Shown: positions 23,438-25,504 of the stretch, piece after piece
How positions within the stretch are numbered: the first letter of the stretch is position 1
Layout: each line of letters starts with the position of its first letter
Assembly: GCA_002189035.1 (NCBI GenBank)
Contig: NEEC01000448.1
Span: 1 to 25,504, forward strand
Direction: 5' to 3'
DNA from: Utricularia gibba
Lineage: Eukaryota; Plantae; Magnoliophyta
DNA: 25,504 bases
Notes under the pieces: model-generated
Told to the model about the DNA's origin: nothing
What the model saw: only the letters and a program-made list of their open reading frames with translations
The model's database searches: none
Position numbers and translations under genes: made by a program

Positions 23438-25346
23438 AAAAATATTTTTTTTGTCATTGTAGAAAGCTCATCACGCCACGCACACCACCCTGGAGAGGTT
23501 TCAACAGCTGTTATGAACTCACAACCCTTGCTCAGCAGATTCAGTAAAATTCTCTAACACTTGGGCTTCCAACGGATCATATCCCATATTCATTCATACG
23601 AAATTGTGCAAGAATAATGTGACTTTGAGTTTGAACTAGATAGTAGGACGCTGATCGAAGAATGGCCCATCGAGTCTCTAAAATTGGCCGTCCTCGCTCA
23701 ACAAATGTGGGGTGCACGTGACATCCCAATTTCAACAAATGCATCATGATTTTCGTCGAGTGGGCCCATGAGCCCGTCCGAACCCGGGGCCCGGGCCAAG
23801 GGCCCCTCGAGAGCGCCCGCCTCAATACGAGGAGGTGTTCCTTCAAAAACCATATACGCGTCTCGTCACAACCCAACGTTAATAAATGCATCACTTTTTT
23901 TGGCGCGCTACTGCTGACTTTGGGCCTGAGTTCGGCACGACCTCCGGCTCGATCAGGGTGCCCCACCGAGAGCTCCTCCTTAAGTATAAAGTGTGTTGTT
24001 GAAAAAACCGTGTGCGGTTCTCGTGACATCCTAACTTCAACAAATGCATCACGATTTTCGAGTCGGACGGGACCGGGCTCCCGGGGCCCGGACGAGGCGC
24101 AGCGCCCGCTCCCCTCCCCCCAAAACTAGAAGGTGTTCCATGGAAAACCATTTAGGCGGCTCGTGACAACCCAAAGTTAATAAATGCATCACTTTCTTTG
24201 CCGGGCTACAATGACTTTACGCTCGAGCCTGGTACGACGTATGGGAAGATTCGAGTGCCCCCCGAGAGCGTCTCCACAAGTATAAAGCGTGTTGTTGAAA
24301 AAACCGTGTTGGGTGCACGTGACATCCTAATTTCAACAAATGTGTCACGATTTTCGCCGAGTGGGACCAGAGTGGGCTCATCAGCCAGACCGAACCCGGG
24401 GCCAAGCCAAGGGCCCCTCGAGAGCGCCCCCCCACAAAACTAGATGGTGTTCCACGAAAAAAAATTAGGCGGCTCGTGATAACCCAACGCTAAGAAATGC
24501 ATCCCTTTTTTCGCCGGGCTAAAACTGACTTTGGGCTCATGCCCGGCGCGACCCCCAGCCCGTGTGCATACGCAGCAGCACCACGAGGCCACATGGGCTT
24601 GGTTAATGCCCGCGTGCTCGAGCAGCAGCCACAAGGCCATACGGCCGTGGAAAAAAAGAAAAACAACCATAAAATACAATAAGCCAAAAATAAAAAATAA
24701 AATTGATAAACCCTTGGTTCGGTTCGGGCCCAATCAAAACCCGTAGGGTTTAACCCGTTCGGGTTGAACAGAAAGACAACCCCATGGGTCATGCAAACTG
24801 TAATACCCAGAATTTCATCGGGTTGGGTCCGAACCTGAATGGATCCAACCCAGGCCCATCTCTAATCATAATCATATGATATAGGTTTATTAAATTATAA
24901 ATAATTGAAATACATTATTTATTAAACCGTAGGATAACTGTGAAAGCTTCTTTGACTTAATTATTACCATTTGATCCTCAGTTGTACTTTGGATGGAGTG
25001 TGTATTTTTACTTTAGTCAATTTAATTAGCATTCGATCCTTGGTTATGATTCAGATCATATTTGCTATTTTTTTTACTTTAAATATTTTTATTATCATTC
25101 GATCCTTAAGTATAATGCGGATCGAGCGCGTATTTTTTATTTTAATATTTTTTATTAGCATTCGAACGTTAGGTATGCTGCGGATCGAGCGTATATTTTT
25201 CACTCTCATATTTTTATTAGCCTTAGATCCTTAGGTATACTTTGGATCGAGTGCATATTCATTTATTTTAAATCTTAATTAGCGTTCCACCGTTAGGAGC
25301 AATTTAGAACGTGTATACATTACAATGCCATGCCACACGGGCGTGG
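23035..25346. mobile_element. Putative foldback/Mutator-like element, full copy 10
   Basis: Same architecture; next spacer 25347-25358, after which another copy begins (25359-25504, truncated by the window). Confidence 0.5.
23707..24562. repeat. GC-rich six-monomer block, copy 11
   Basis: Same a/b cores. Confidence 0.9.
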
Positions 25347-25504
25347 TTTACGCACAACCCACGCCCGTGTGCCCTTGCAATGTAAACACGCTCCACATTG
25401 CTCCTAAGGATCGAGCGTTAACACAAGTTTCAAGTAAACCATCTCCACTCGATCCGAATCATGTCTAAAGACCGAAAGCCAATAAAAATATTAAAATAAA
25501 AAAT
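24868..25504. repeat. Long imperfect inverted repeat, copy 11 (right arm truncated by the window)
   Basis: Left boundary ATAATCATATG at 24868; spacer at 25347-25358. Confidence 0.88.

Larger units (their letters stand above)
1..25504. repeat. Tandem array (macrosatellite-like) of a ~2.32-kb unit, 11 full periods plus 13 bp
   Basis: The marker TAAAATAAAAAATA(T)AC recurs at 1, 2317, 4630, 6949, 9264, 11580, 13875, 16197, 18518, 20838, 23168 and 25492 (periods 2316, 2313, 2319, 2315, 2316, 2295, 2322, 2321, 2320, 2330, 2324). All copies have the same orientation and the array runs off both window ends. Confidence 0.98.

Noticed and set aside
413-25234. The ~100 ORFs in the supplied track as protein-coding genes
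   Set aside because: They overlap on both strands, change frame and length from copy to copy through 1-bp indels, and show no domain I recognise (no transposase, RT, Rep or integrase motifs). The recurring HLLxLGC peptide is the translation of the DNA repeat core.

Overview
The whole window is one head-to-tail tandem array of a ~2.32-kb unit: 11 full periods of 2295-2330 bp plus 13 bp. It looks eukaryotic and probably plant, but that is inference. I recognise no protein-coding gene, rRNA, tRNA, snRNA or CRISPR array, and the listed ORFs come from repeated DNA and shift with 1-bp indels. Each unit has two main parts. (i) An AT-rich, ~890-bp imperfect inverted repeat whose arms are built from ~62-bp modules and meet at a perfect 13-bp GC stem around a 12-nt spacer (TTTACGCACAAC). 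(ii) A ~1.43-kb segment holding ~270 bp of non-repetitive DNA, six ~150-bp GC-rich monomers arranged as three a/b dimers, a 50-bp duplication, an A-rich tract and a cluster of small hairpins with telo-box and site II motifs. My preferred reading, which is inference, is a non-autonomous foldback/Mutator-like (Pack-MULE-like) element with ~410-465-bp modular terminal inverted repeats (TIRs), amplified head-to-tail with a single 12-nt spacer between copies. The copies are nearly identical and differ mostly by 1-bp homopolymer indels, as expected from long-read error, so very recent amplification and a rolling-circle concatemer both remain possible.
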